A stretch of 64,000 bases of DNA, from IMG/VR virus record IMGVR_UViG_3300025889_000073, positions 32,001 to 96,000 of that record. One strand, 5' to 3'. The notes below the pieces were generated by a model. It did not search any database. It saw only the letters and a list, made by a program, of their open reading frames with translations, and was not told the DNA's origin. Below, piece by piece: positions 35,979-45,738 of the stretch; positions within the stretch are counted from its first letter, which is position 1, and every line of letters starts with the position of its first letter. The DNA is from a virus. Made by a program: the position numbers and the translations under genes.

Positions 35979-37788
35979 ATGACAATCTTTTATAGTATGC
36001 CGAACCCAAATCTTTTTTACTATCCCTTTTAATTGTTTTGTTCATTGCAACAACAGTTGTTTGCGGTGCATTTACAATAATTGGTGTTTGTGGCTTCATT
36101 TGTTGGCGCTGGCCAGAAGCAATTGAAGATGAAGCTGAAGCTACTGTTGAACCGCTGGCAGCCGTGCTTGTTCCGGTTATTTGTGGGTCATTTAAATAGG
36201 CTTCAAAATGTTCTTGTCTATCTTTTAAACCGATATAACCGCCATTGACGAATTTTGTCAATTTTTTAATATTACCCCAATCACCTTTGTAACCAGCCAT
36301 ATATTTTAAAGCACTTTCGGCCGCACCGGCCGGTTTTGTTAATTGGTCTGGGTCATTAACATAACCAAATCTGGTATAATTATTTTTGCCTGTAAGCTGT
36401 ATAAAGCCTCGGCCACGAAAATTCCATCCATCGCCGCCGCCTTCTGGTGCATTACCCATTCGGCCACCGTATATCCTCTCTGCAATACTTTTTGGTCCGC
36501 CTGCAGCGACTTTCTTTACATCATCTTGGCCAGAAAACTTTTTACCAAATAGTTTCATCAAAGTTGTTGGCCGATAATTTAAATTTTCACTTAGTGTGGT
36601 AAAACCTCCGGATTCGTGGCCAACTTGAGCCATGATTGCTGCTCTTTGTGTTGGATCCGTAATTTTTGCATTATCCATGGCTGCAATCATAGCTTGTTTA
36701 CCAGTTGAAGCACTTATTCTAACAGTTTTGGTACTTGATGTCGATTCTGGTTTCTTTTTTGTCGTAGGTGCTGGTGTGGTAGGAGCAGTTGCAGGTGCTG
36801 CAGCGGCTGGTGCAGGTTCTGGTGAAGTTGATTTTAACCTTAGTCCCCTGGTGCGGTGTGCCTTTCTACTTGCGGCCGCAGCTTTTGCTCTACCGGGGTC
36901 GGCAGGTGGTGTTGGTGGCGGTGCAGGTTTTGGTGCTGGTGCAGGAGGTGCCGGTGGTTCATATTCATCCATACCATACCCAAACTCTGAAGTTGCTGCA
37001 GCTGCTTGTTCACGTTTTACTTTATCTTCCGGTTTCTCTTTGATGAATGTGTTTTTAAATTTATCCCATTTTTCTTTTACTGAGTTCACCACACCCATAA
37101 ATTTATCCCAAATACCTTTTACATAACCAATTGCAACATCCGCAGCACCTTTTATTTTTTCAACAAAACCTTCAAACCAACTACCTATTTGGCCAAAAGC
37201 ATTTTTTACGGGTTCAACAATCCAATCATTAATAAAAGTTGATACTTTTTCCTTTATTGATTTTCCCAAATCTGTAAACCATGTTTTGATTTCTTGTACC
37301 CACTCATCAAATTTTGTTTTTATTGTTTCCCATAAATTTGAAGCCCATTCTTTAAAAGATTCGACTAAATCATCCCACAATAGTTGAAAATCTTCAGTTA
37401 ACGCTGCAATTGAAAAAACAGAAGCTAGAGCAATTAAAATATTTTCTAGCGAAAACATTTTTTTAATTTTTTGCCAAATACTCTCTTTCTTTTTGGTCTG
37501 AACAATTGGTGTAGGCGAAACATCCCCTTCTATTTTTTCCCTTTGTGCTTCTAGTGCAGCTTCACGTTCAGAAGCTTTTAAAAAAAATCTGTCTGCGCCT
37601 TGCCTTGGTTTTCCACCTTCAAGTTTAACCAGTTTTTGAGCCGCTTGTCGTGCAACATTTAAATCTCTTGCTACGTTTGGTAATACCAAGAAATTCTTAG
37701 AAATGATATTTAAAAATACTGATGCTTTATCAGATTTTACTGGTGATGATAGAGATGAGGATTTTTTACCTAAAATTTTATCTAACAT
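35977..37788 (-). CDS. baseplate hub / tape-measure-like protein with GH19 muramidase domain
   Basis: amphipathic W-periodic repeats, Pro/Ala linker, AQVGHESGG...RGRGFIQLTG. Confidence 0.75.
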   Translation of the reverse strand: MLDKILGKKSSSLSSPVKSDKASVFLNIISKNFLVLPNVARDLNVARQAAQKLVKLEGGKPRQGADRFFLKASEREAALEAQREKIEGDVSPTPIVQTKKKESIWQKIKKMFSLENILIALASVFSIAALTEDFQLLWDDLVESFKEWASNLWETIKTKFDEWVQEIKTWFTDLGKSIKEKVSTFINDWIVEPVKNAFGQIGSWFEGFVEKIKGAADVAIGYVKGIWDKFMGVVNSVKEKWDKFKNTFIKEKPEDKVKREQAAAATSEFGYGMDEYEPPAPPAPAPKPAPPPTPPADPGRAKAAAASRKAHRTRGLRLKSTSPEPAPAAAAPATAPTTPAPTTKKKPESTSSTKTVRISASTGKQAMIAAMDNAKITDPTQRAAIMAQVGHESGGFTTLSENLNYRPTTLMKLFGKKFSGQDDVKKVAAGGPKSIAERIYGGRMGNAPEGGGDGWNFRGRGFIQLTGKNNYTRFGYVNDPDQLTKPAGAAESALKYMAGYKGDWGNIKKLTKFVNGGYIGLKDRQEHFEAYLNDPQITGTSTAASGSTVASASSSIASGQRQQMKPQTPIIVNAPQTTVVAMNKTIKRDSKKDLGSAYYKRLS

Positions 37789-37791
37789 TTT

Positions 37792-39702
37792 TTAATCCAT
37801 GTGTTGTAACAAATCTTCATCATGTGTGTCACCAATTTCATCATCATCATCTTGATTACTGGAACTCTTATTGGTTTTTTCAGCATTTATCATACTTCCT
37901 GAATCTGCTGCACTTTCCATTCTTTGTGATTCAGAAACACTTGATGATTCGGAAGAAATGCCAGCACCAGATGGAGAACCAGCTGATGAGCCAGAAGGTG
38001 TTATTGTTCCTCCTCCACTAGATGAGGTTTGTATAGATGTTCCTTCAGACACTCTTTTTGATAGACTCTTAACTTCTTCTGTTTGTTTGTCTTTCAACGC
38101 TTTTAGTTCTGGAATAGTTTCCCAATCATTCATTTTGACTCGGCCAATAATTTTACCTTCATCGTATAACTTATTAACTAAAGCTCTTCTTTCTTGGGCT
38201 TGTTTGTCTTCCATTTGTTGGAGCTGTTTTGAAGCTTCTTTTGCATCTGCTGATAAAACTCTTGTGGTGGTTTTAGAACCTCCACCAGTAGTTGTTGTGG
38301 ATGATGTGGATGATGTTTTGAAAGTCGAACCAGAAACTTTTGTTGGTTTCGTCATTACTTTTTCCAAATCATTATCGTCATCATCATCTTCTTTTTTCTG
38401 TCTCTTTAAAGCTGCTTCAACACCTGGTGCCATTTTTAATTTGGCCACAGTTGCTTTTTGATTTTTAATTAATGATTCCCATTTTTCATTTATAGCTCTC
38501 AATTCTGGAGGATATTCTGGGTCACTTGGGTCTTCTACAAAACCATCTTTATATTTCATAACTAAACTTTTGGCCATTTCGCCACGTTCTTTTTGCCAGT
38601 CAGAATACATTCCTTGCAATTCTGCTTGTGCCATTTCTAATTTTTGTAAGTTGTTATCACCTTCCATTTCAGCTTTGACGCTGTTAGTTTTGGTTGGTTT
38701 TTTAGTTTTGAGTTCAGCTTGTGTTGCTTTTGTTGGACTTTTACCTTTTGGTGGTTCTGGTTTCTTTTTAATTTCTGGTGCTTTAGGTCTTTCCATTTTA
38801 GGAGCTGGTATATCCGCATCTTTGACACCGGTATCAGAACCGAACAAACTAACGAACCAAGACTTTATACCATTAAATACTGAACCTATTTTTTCTAAAA
38901 TGGGATTTAAAAATCCTGATACCGAGTCCCAAACCGATTTTAAAGTATCTTCACCTAATAGTCCAAAGGTTAAGAAACTCATCATACCACCTAAACCAGA
39001 AAAAATAGCTTCACTTAAACTGCCGGTTTCTTGATATTTTTTCCAACCGGCTGTTATACCTGTAAATAATGTTGCAATGATTGTTAGAGGTAAAAAGACT
39101 TTACTGAATATTTTACCCAGCATTTTTGGTTTAAATAAATTTCTTATAAAACCAAAAACTGTTGTTTTAAAATTTTTAAATAAACCAGTTATACTGAATC
39201 CACCGCCACTATCTTCTTCTGTTTTAGTTATTACGGTTGGATTTGTTGGTTTACCTTCTATCTTTTCTTTTTGAGCTTCTAATGCGGCTTCTCTTTCTCC
39301 AGCTTTCAAAAAGAATCTATCAGCTGCACCTCTAGCTTGGCCACCTTTTAGTTTAACTAATTGTTGTAAGTTTTGACGTAGAACATTCATGTCTCTGGCA
39401 ATGTTTGGCATTACCATAGAGTTTTTTGCTACAACAGTTAATAGTGTTACAGACTCTTTGGATGTTATTGTATCGGATTCATCTTGTTTTTTATCCGAAC
39501 TTTTTATGTCGCCTAAAGAACCTTTACCTCTTATTTTACCTCTAATAAAAGCTGAAAGTATATCTTGACCTGGAAAAAATGATTCTGCTGCTAAATTTCT
39601 TGCATTTTTTACATTAAAGGTTTTACCTAAAGCTGAAGTTGCAGCTCCACCAAAACTTTTTCCAGATTGGAGTTCAGACAAGTATTTGTTTACTAGGGCC
39701 AT
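37792..39702 (-). CDS. tape-measure/hub-like protein, paralog of the downstream gene
   Basis: shared ~60-aa motif; TM-like segments; position after gp26/gp51. Confidence 0.65.
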   Translation of the reverse strand: MALVNKYLSELQSGKSFGGAATSALGKTFNVKNARNLAAESFFPGQDILSAFIRGKIRGKGSLGDIKSSDKKQDESDTITSKESVTLLTVVAKNSMVMPNIARDMNVLRQNLQQLVKLKGGQARGAADRFFLKAGEREAALEAQKEKIEGKPTNPTVITKTEEDSGGGFSITGLFKNFKTTVFGFIRNLFKPKMLGKIFSKVFLPLTIIATLFTGITAGWKKYQETGSLSEAIFSGLGGMMSFLTFGLLGEDTLKSVWDSVSGFLNPILEKIGSVFNGIKSWFVSLFGSDTGVKDADIPAPKMERPKAPEIKKKPEPPKGKSPTKATQAELKTKKPTKTNSVKAEMEGDNNLQKLEMAQAELQGMYSDWQKERGEMAKSLVMKYKDGFVEDPSDPEYPPELRAINEKWESLIKNQKATVAKLKMAPGVEAALKRQKKEDDDDDNDLEKVMTKPTKVSGSTFKTSSTSSTTTTGGGSKTTTRVLSADAKEASKQLQQMEDKQAQERRALVNKLYDEGKIIGRVKMNDWETIPELKALKDKQTEEVKSLSKRVSEGTSIQTSSSGGGTITPSGSSAGSPSGAGISSESSSVSESQRMESAADSGSMINAEKTNKSSSNQDDDDEIGDTHDEDLLQHMD

Positions 39703-39705
39703 TTT

Positions 39706-39900
39706 TTATCTTCTACTTTGTTTTTGTAATTCTAGTCGTTCTTTTTCTTCTTTTAGATAATTAACTAAAAGACCTACATATATTGTTCTTTCCCACGGCA
39801 ACATACTTTCCAATTCTGTGAGACTATATTTGTGGTGTTGTATCAATGCAAAATTAGTCTCATAATAATTTTTTAATGAATCATGACGAAAAATTAGACG
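39706..39900 (-). CDS. 51: gp51 baseplate hub assembly protein; no start codon ahead of the conserved region
   Basis: HDSLKNYYETNFALIQHHKYSLTELESMLPWERTIYV in the -1 frame of gp26. Confidence 0.8.
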   Translation of the reverse strand, partial: RLIFRHDSLKNYYETNFALIQHHKYSLTELESMLPWERTIYVGLLVNYLKEEKERLELQKQSRR

Positions 39901-40625
39901 AAAAAATTTTGTATACCCTTTATTTCCACACTTTCTTCATAAGAACACTTTGGACATTTGAAAGCAATATCCTTTTTAATTTCAGGCATTGATTGGAAGA
40001 AATCTTTAAATTTTTCAATATCTTTTTGTTGCAAGTTGTCAACAAATTCTTCAAGTTCTTTTGGGTCTGTATCTTTAGAACGATATATTTGTTCATCATC
40101 ATAAATGTAATCGATACAGTCAACCAAAATTTTCATAATAATTTCATTTTCTTCCATATTATCATATTTTTGCAACATATCGAATGTTGGATATTTAAAA
40201 CAAATTCCTAACTTTTCCGTCAGCTGAATTTTGTTCTTGTGATTTTCGTGTTTTGTTGGTTCTATTTCTAAAAGATTGACATCAAATTCAACAACACCGT
40301 TACAAGTTTTTTCTTCACCATCTTCATTGGGTACTTTATTGTTGCACTTGTATGATAGGTGTACAACTTCTTCGACAGACCTTGCTCTGAGATTTAAAAA
40401 TAAGTATTCTAAATCAAAAGTCGGTAAATTGTCTATATTGATATCATCAATCACACAATTTTTTAATACCTGTCTAACTATTGAAACCATTTCATTTGGG
40501 TCGTTTGATTCGGATGACATTAGAAATAATTTCTGTTCTTTAACCAAAAATGGCCGAAATCTAACAGGTTTTCCTGTTGAAATTAAATCGATTGAATAAA
40601 TTGGTATGTCTAATTTTGGTAACAT
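39894..40625 (-). CDS. 26: baseplate hub assembly protein gp26
   Basis: MLPK, RPFLVKEQK, FDLEYLFLNLRARSV, CPKC, GIQNFF. Confidence 0.9.
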   Translation of the reverse strand: MLPKLDIPIYSIDLISTGKPVRFRPFLVKEQKLFLMSSESNDPNEMVSIVRQVLKNCVIDDINIDNLPTFDLEYLFLNLRARSVEEVVHLSYKCNNKVPNEDGEEKTCNGVVEFDVNLLEIEPTKHENHKNKIQLTEKLGICFKYPTFDMLQKYDNMEENEIIMKILVDCIDYIYDDEQIYRSKDTDPKELEEFVDNLQQKDIEKFKDFFQSMPEIKKDIAFKCPKCSYEESVEIKGIQNFFV

Positions 40626-40644
40626 AATAACCTCGCTTTTTTAA

Positions 40645-41394
40645 TTAAAATGCACTTCCTAGTGGTAAAATTCTCGCAGCAGCAGAACCAAATAAAGATG
40701 TTGCAGCAGAAGCTAAATCAAAAGTGCCTTGATAAATTGTTTTATATCTCTGATAAGCAAACTGAACTGAAAGTCTATGAAAACTATCATCAGCCCAACT
40801 TAAAGATTGTGGTGCTATTCCAATGGGAAAAGCATCAATTAATTCTACAGCATGAATTTGCCTAACCAATTCATCATATTGAATAATTTTAATATTAGTT
40901 AGGTATCTTGTTGTGGAACCTTTTGCATATCTCAAATTGTTTGTGTCCGAAGGATGTATTGCTTCAATCCAACGGTCAAATAATTTTCTTTCAAAAAAAT
41001 CATTGGTACACAAAAAAGTTAAATTTGTGTCACCATAAGATGTCTGATATGGCACCTTAAATGTAGGACCATATATTTTAACATCAGATGTTTGTAATGT
41101 CTTTCCTGGAAATTCTGCACTCTCACATTGTAGAGCTAGATATCTAGACACGGAAGAATTTGATGTTCTTGATTGTTCGTCTTGAGCTCCCTGAGAACCA
41201 AAAGCTCCTCGTATAGCGTCTGTAACGTCATTAAAAACTGAATTGGGAAAATTCAATATCTTTTCTATAATTGAACTTCCAATAAAACTATTTACATATG
41301 GGGGTATTGGTAATAAAACTTCGAATCTATTTGGCCTTGCTAAACCATCTTTTGCTCGAATGTTTGATAAAAATAAGTTAGGTGAGAATGACAT
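40645..41394 (-). CDS. tail tube initiator (gp54/gp19-like)
   Basis: GLARPNRFEV, CESAEFPG, DAFPI...LSW. Confidence 0.75.
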   Translation of the reverse strand: MSFSPNLFLSNIRAKDGLARPNRFEVLLPIPPYVNSFIGSSIIEKILNFPNSVFNDVTDAIRGAFGSQGAQDEQSRTSNSSVSRYLALQCESAEFPGKTLQTSDVKIYGPTFKVPYQTSYGDTNLTFLCTNDFFERKLFDRWIEAIHPSDTNNLRYAKGSTTRYLTNIKIIQYDELVRQIHAVELIDAFPIGIAPQSLSWADDSFHRLSVQFAYQRYKTIYQGTFDLASAATSLFGSAAARILPLGSAF

Positions 41395-41973
41395 TTAAAA
41401 TTTCTTCCTTGAGTCTGACCATACCTTACTGTTGCTAGCACCAGAGAAATTTTCAGCTGGTAAGAATGAAGCAATGTCCCATTCGTTAGATTTTATTTCT
41501 AAAAATCTCGATTTGACATGAGTAAAGTAGTATCGTTTTATGCATGGTCCTTTTTCAAACATTTTGGACGATGCTTTTAGAAAGGGATAACTTAACATCA
41601 ATTTTGTATTTTCATCATAGTCTTTATCTGAAATTACTTCACTCAATTTGTCCAAAAAAATGATTCGTTGCTTTGGGTGTATGTAATGTAAATTTAACCC
41701 TAAAAAACCGTCTGAGTACTGTTCTATTGGTATGACCAATGGGAACCTGTCGTAATATGGCAACGAATCTTTTAACTTTGGATTATAAAAGAAAAAATAC
41801 ATTTTACCAATAATTGTGTTTGCCCTAAGTCTGGCCTTATCGTTAATCAAATTCCTTGGGTTCGCAGACAAATTCTTGACCTGCGTTTGAAGCCATCTCC
41901 TCGCTGCGTTGGACCGCTCCGAGAGACCTTCTTTTGCAAGAGATTGTTGAATTCTATCGATAAGTTTTGCCAT
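41395..41973 (-). CDS. 2: DNA end protector gp2
   Basis: LPYYDRFPLV, FLGLNLHY, CIKRY, VWSDS. Confidence 0.9.
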   Translation of the reverse strand: MAKLIDRIQQSLAKEGLSERSNAARRWLQTQVKNLSANPRNLINDKARLRANTIIGKMYFFFYNPKLKDSLPYYDRFPLVIPIEQYSDGFLGLNLHYIHPKQRIIFLDKLSEVISDKDYDENTKLMLSYPFLKASSKMFEKGPCIKRYYFTHVKSRFLEIKSNEWDIASFLPAENFSGASNSKVWSDSRKKF

Positions 41974-41986
41974 GTTACTATTTATC

Positions 41987-42418
41987 TCAAATGCCTAAGT
42001 CTTTTTCGGTTATGACTTTGAATTGCCAGCCGTGTTCTTTACAAAACAAATCTGCTGCTCTCCATTTTTCTTGATTTATGGCATATGTCACAGTTTCTTC
42101 AATATATTGTTTAGTTTTTCTTCTTTTTTCTGGTCTTTTAGTTTGTTTCTCAGGTTTGACTTCTAACATCATAGTTATTTCTTTTCCTTGTTTATTTACA
42201 ACCTTTGTTATAAAATCTGGAAAGTAACGATGAGGTTTATTATCTACAGGTGAAATATAAGTTACATACAATTCTTCTGAAGCCCACCATTTAACATTTG
42301 GGTTTTCGTCCAAATATTTCATTACACGAACTTCCCAAGTTGACCGAAATATGATATTATTTGGGTCACCGTTGTATTTGTGTGGGTTTTTAGGTAAAAA
42401 TCTTCCTTTGTATGACAT
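41987..42418 (-). CDS. 4: head completion nuclease gp4
   Basis: KYxGDP..IIFRSTWE, HRYFPDF, EVKP, NQEKW, TEKDL. Confidence 0.9.
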   Translation of the reverse strand: MSYKGRFLPKNPHKYNGDPNNIIFRSTWEVRVMKYLDENPNVKWWASEELYVTYISPVDNKPHRYFPDFITKVVNKQGKEITMMLEVKPEKQTKRPEKRRKTKQYIEETVTYAINQEKWRAADLFCKEHGWQFKVITEKDLGI

Positions 42419-42450
42419 AAATAATATATATTTCACCTTATAGGACTACT

Positions 42451-43743
42451 ATGGCTCTTTTCGGATTTTCAGACATATCTTTCAATAAAGGCACATCAGA
42501 TAGAAAAGGGCCTTTAGCTCCATTAACTTATAGTGCTTTTGAGAGAACGACACTACGTTATCCTTTAGATGTTGGTAATTATGATAAGGCACATTATATT
42601 ATGTTCTATATCAGAGAACAAAAAAACACTTCTTATAGTAGAGGCTCTGTTGATGAAAATTGGTTAAATTCTTCTGGTAGTGTAAATGCTGTCAATTCAC
42701 CAACAACCACAAATCAATTTGGTTCTTCTTTTGGTGGAGAAATTGTCAATAAAATTAATAGTGGTTTAGATTCGATTAATAATGCAACAGGCGGCCAATT
42801 AACAAAATTGACATCGGCTTTAGGTAAAGCTGCTTCTGGTATTGTGGGAGATATTAATAATGTTTTTGGCCAAGCAAATATAAAAATTGGTGGAAATTCC
42901 TCACAAACAACAACAGTTATTGATAATTCTATCAAAAAAATTACTGGAGGAGGGATAAAAGAACTTCGTACAACACAACTAACCAAAGACGCAATTGCTC
43001 TTTATATGCCAGACACCTTAGTTTTTAATTATTCCCAAAGTTATGACCAATTAAATCTTGGTGGAGAACTTGGCGGTCAAGTATTGGGTGCCGGCAAAGC
43101 TGCGGCGGATGCTTATGAGCAAGGCGGTGCTAAAAATGCTGCTGGGTCTATTGGTAAAAGTGCTTTAGAATCATTCAAACAAAAATTAGGAGCTGGAATA
43201 GCCAAAGCTTTAGGTTCAGATCAAACAGGCCAAGCTATTTTAGCTGCAACCGGCCGTGTTCAAAATCCAATGTTAGAAATGATTTATAAGTCTCCTAATT
43301 TTAGAAATTTTCAGTTTGATTTTCTTTTTTATCCTAGAGATGAAAAAGAAGCTTTAGAAGTTCAAAGAATTATTGAACGGTTAAGGTTTCATCAAGCACC
43401 AGAAATATTAAAAGGCACTGGAGGTTTCTTAGTTCCTCCTTCGGAGTTTGATATTCGTTTTTATTATGGCGGCAGAGAAAACCCCAACATTCCACAAATT
43501 GCAACTTGTGTTTTAACTACAATTGATGTTAACTATGCGCCAAATGGTCATGCAACATATGAAATTCCTGGTGAAAATTCTCCTGCATTAGGTAGAACTG
43601 GTATGCCTGTTGCAATACAACTGACACTACAATTTCAAGAAGTCACTTATCTCACAAAATCAGATTTTAGAGATGATTTGGCTCAAACAGATACTTTGTC
43701 ATCTTCAGCTTCGACAAACGATTCTGATATGTATTACGGATAA
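42451..43743 (+). CDS. 48: baseplate tail-tube cap gp48
   Basis: RYP, IALYMP, NPMLEMIY..PNFRNFQF, LQFQE. Confidence 0.85.
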   Translation: MALFGFSDISFNKGTSDRKGPLAPLTYSAFERTTLRYPLDVGNYDKAHYIMFYIREQKNTSYSRGSVDENWLNSSGSVNAVNSPTTTNQFGSSFGGEIVNKINSGLDSINNATGGQLTKLTSALGKAASGIVGDINNVFGQANIKIGGNSSQTTTVIDNSIKKITGGGIKELRTTQLTKDAIALYMPDTLVFNYSQSYDQLNLGGELGGQVLGAGKAAADAYEQGGAKNAAGSIGKSALESFKQKLGAGIAKALGSDQTGQAILAATGRVQNPMLEMIYKSPNFRNFQFDFLFYPRDEKEALEVQRIIERLRFHQAPEILKGTGGFLVPPSEFDIRFYYGGRENPNIPQIATCVLTTIDVNYAPNGHATYEIPGENSPALGRTGMPVAIQLTLQFQEVTYLTKSDFRDDLAQTDTLSSSASTNDSDMYYG

Positions 43744-43755
43744 AGGACTTAAAAT

Positions 43756-44403
43756 ATGGCAAAGTATTTTAATTATTTTCCAAAAACATTTTATTCAGCA
43801 AATACGGAAAATAATAATTTAGAAACAGTAACAAATATAATTTCTAGAATTAATTTTTTAGAAAATGTTAAAAAAGAATCTACTGTGTTTTATGAATATG
43901 AGGTGCGTGATGGCGACACCCCAGAAATTATTGCTGGAAAATATTATGATAATCCAGAGAGACATTGGATTGTTTTGATGTTTAATGATATCATTGACCC
44001 ACAATTTGATTGGCCTTTATCGTACAATACGTTTATTAATTTTGTTGATAAAAAATATACAGACAGGGGAGCTGCAAATACAACTCCTCAAACCGGATTG
44101 GCTTGGGCAATGAATAATAATAATGTACACTCTTATTATTACACAAAAGAAAGAACCAATTCTGACGGAAAAACAATAACTGAAATTCTTCAAGTTGACG
44201 CCAATACATATGCAAATGTAACTGTTTCATCAAATAATTATACACTAGGTGACGGAACAACAATTACGGAAACAACAACCAAAAATACAAAAACTTATTT
44301 TGAATATGAAAATGAATTGAATGAAAGTAAGAGAAAAATAAAATTAATTAAACGAGATTATATACAACAGATTGAAAAAGAAATGAAGAAGAACATCAAA
44401 TGA
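43756..44403 (+). CDS. 53: baseplate wedge gp53
   Basis: YFNYFP, DGDTPEIIA.KYY, NDIIDPQFDWP, NESKRKIKL. Confidence 0.9.
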   Translation: MAKYFNYFPKTFYSANTENNNLETVTNIISRINFLENVKKESTVFYEYEVRDGDTPEIIAGKYYDNPERHWIVLMFNDIIDPQFDWPLSYNTFINFVDKKYTDRGAANTTPQTGLAWAMNNNNVHSYYYTKERTNSDGKTITEILQVDANTYANVTVSSNNYTLGDGTTITETTTKNTKTYFEYENELNESKRKIKLIKRDYIQQIEKEMKKNIK

Positions 44404-45737
44404 CGTTTAACATTAAAAAATCGACTCAATTTAAGATTAATGAATTGGTAATTGTTTCTAAGGCTGGAAACATTGATATATCTGGAATATTTGAAGAAAT
44501 AAGTTTTTATGATTCTCTTTTTTCTCCTGTTAGAAGTGGTAAAATATTAATCAAAGATTCGATTGGTTTGTCTGGTAAATTGTTATTTGATGGTTCTGAA
44601 GCTTTATTGGTAGAAATTGTTAAATCGGAAAATTCTGATATTGCTTCATTTAGAAAATCATATAGAATTTATAAACAATCAAAAAGAAAAAATAGTGGTT
44701 TGAATAGTGAATCGTATTTGTTACATTTTGTTTCCGATGAATTTATATTTTCAAAACAACAAAAAATAAATCAGTCTTATGATAGTACATATTCAAAAGT
44801 TGTTGAAAAGCTATTAACAAATTATTTACAGGTGCCAAGGTCAGCTCTTACTGGTATTTTTGAGCCCACTTATGGAATTAGAAATATTGTTATACCAAAT
44901 TTATCACCTTTGAATGCTATCGAATGGTGTGCTAAACGAGCTGTTGACCAAAATCAAGCTCCAAATTTTTTGTTTTTTGAAAATTATTCTGGATATAATT
45001 TTGCTACACTTTCTACATTATTGACACAAACAGATATATTGGACATCAAATTTGAACCTAAAAATCAATCAAAAACAAATTCATTAAATGAAATGTCATC
45101 AGCTAGAGCTTTTCAAGTTGTTCAACAAAACGATACATTGAAAAAAATATCTGAAGGTGTTAATGCTGCTCAATTTGTTGGTTTTGATCCTATAACTGGT
45201 ATAACAGCTAAAAAACAAATAAGTTTTGGAGATGTATTCAATTCGATGAAACATGGAAACGATACACCCAATTTTTCTTCTCTAGTTAATAGAGCTGGTG
45301 TAGATTTTCAACAAGCATTTGGTTCTAAAAAAGTTGTTGGTTCTTTTGAAGCTGCACAACAATTAAGTGAATACATCAAACAAAAAACTCCAGAAATTAT
45401 TTCAAAATTAGACAATATGGAAAGTTATATCATTCAGAGAACTTCTATAATTAGTAATTTAATGTCAAAAAGATTGAAAATTGTTATGCCTGGAAATTTT
45501 CAACTTTCTTCAGGTTTTAATGTCAATGTTACCGCTCCATCATTTTCGAAAAAGGCTGTTGGTGAGGATAACGAAGACCCTTCTTTGAGTGGTAAATATA
45601 TAATTACATCATCTAGACAAATTATTGGTTACGACAAACACGAAACGATTATTGAAGTTGCTACAACATCTACAAATAATCCTTTTGTACCTTCAAGTAA
45701 CCCAACACAAACAAGAGAAATTTTAACATACGTTTAA
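44400..45737 (+). CDS. baseplate hub protein (gp27-like)
   Basis: between gp53 and gp5; FLFFEN, SGKYII. Confidence 0.7.
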   Translation: MTFNIKKSTQFKINELVIVSKAGNIDISGIFEEISFYDSLFSPVRSGKILIKDSIGLSGKLLFDGSEALLVEIVKSENSDIASFRKSYRIYKQSKRKNSGLNSESYLLHFVSDEFIFSKQQKINQSYDSTYSKVVEKLLTNYLQVPRSALTGIFEPTYGIRNIVIPNLSPLNAIEWCAKRAVDQNQAPNFLFFENYSGYNFATLSTLLTQTDILDIKFEPKNQSKTNSLNEMSSARAFQVVQQNDTLKKISEGVNAAQFVGFDPITGITAKKQISFGDVFNSMKHGNDTPNFSSLVNRAGVDFQQAFGSKKVVGSFEAAQQLSEYIKQKTPEIISKLDNMESYIIQRTSIISNLMSKRLKIVMPGNFQLSSGFNVNVTAPSFSKKAVGEDNEDPSLSGKYIITSSRQIIGYDKHETIIEVATTSTNNPFVPSSNPTQTREILTYV

Positions 45738-45738
45738 T

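Noticed and set aside
36343-39274. long plus-strand ORFs within the hub/tape-measure genes
   Set aside because: Antisense shadows without SD or motifs
41987-42436. TnsA-like transposase
   Set aside because: Motifs and position between gp2 and gp48 identify gp4; no transposon ends
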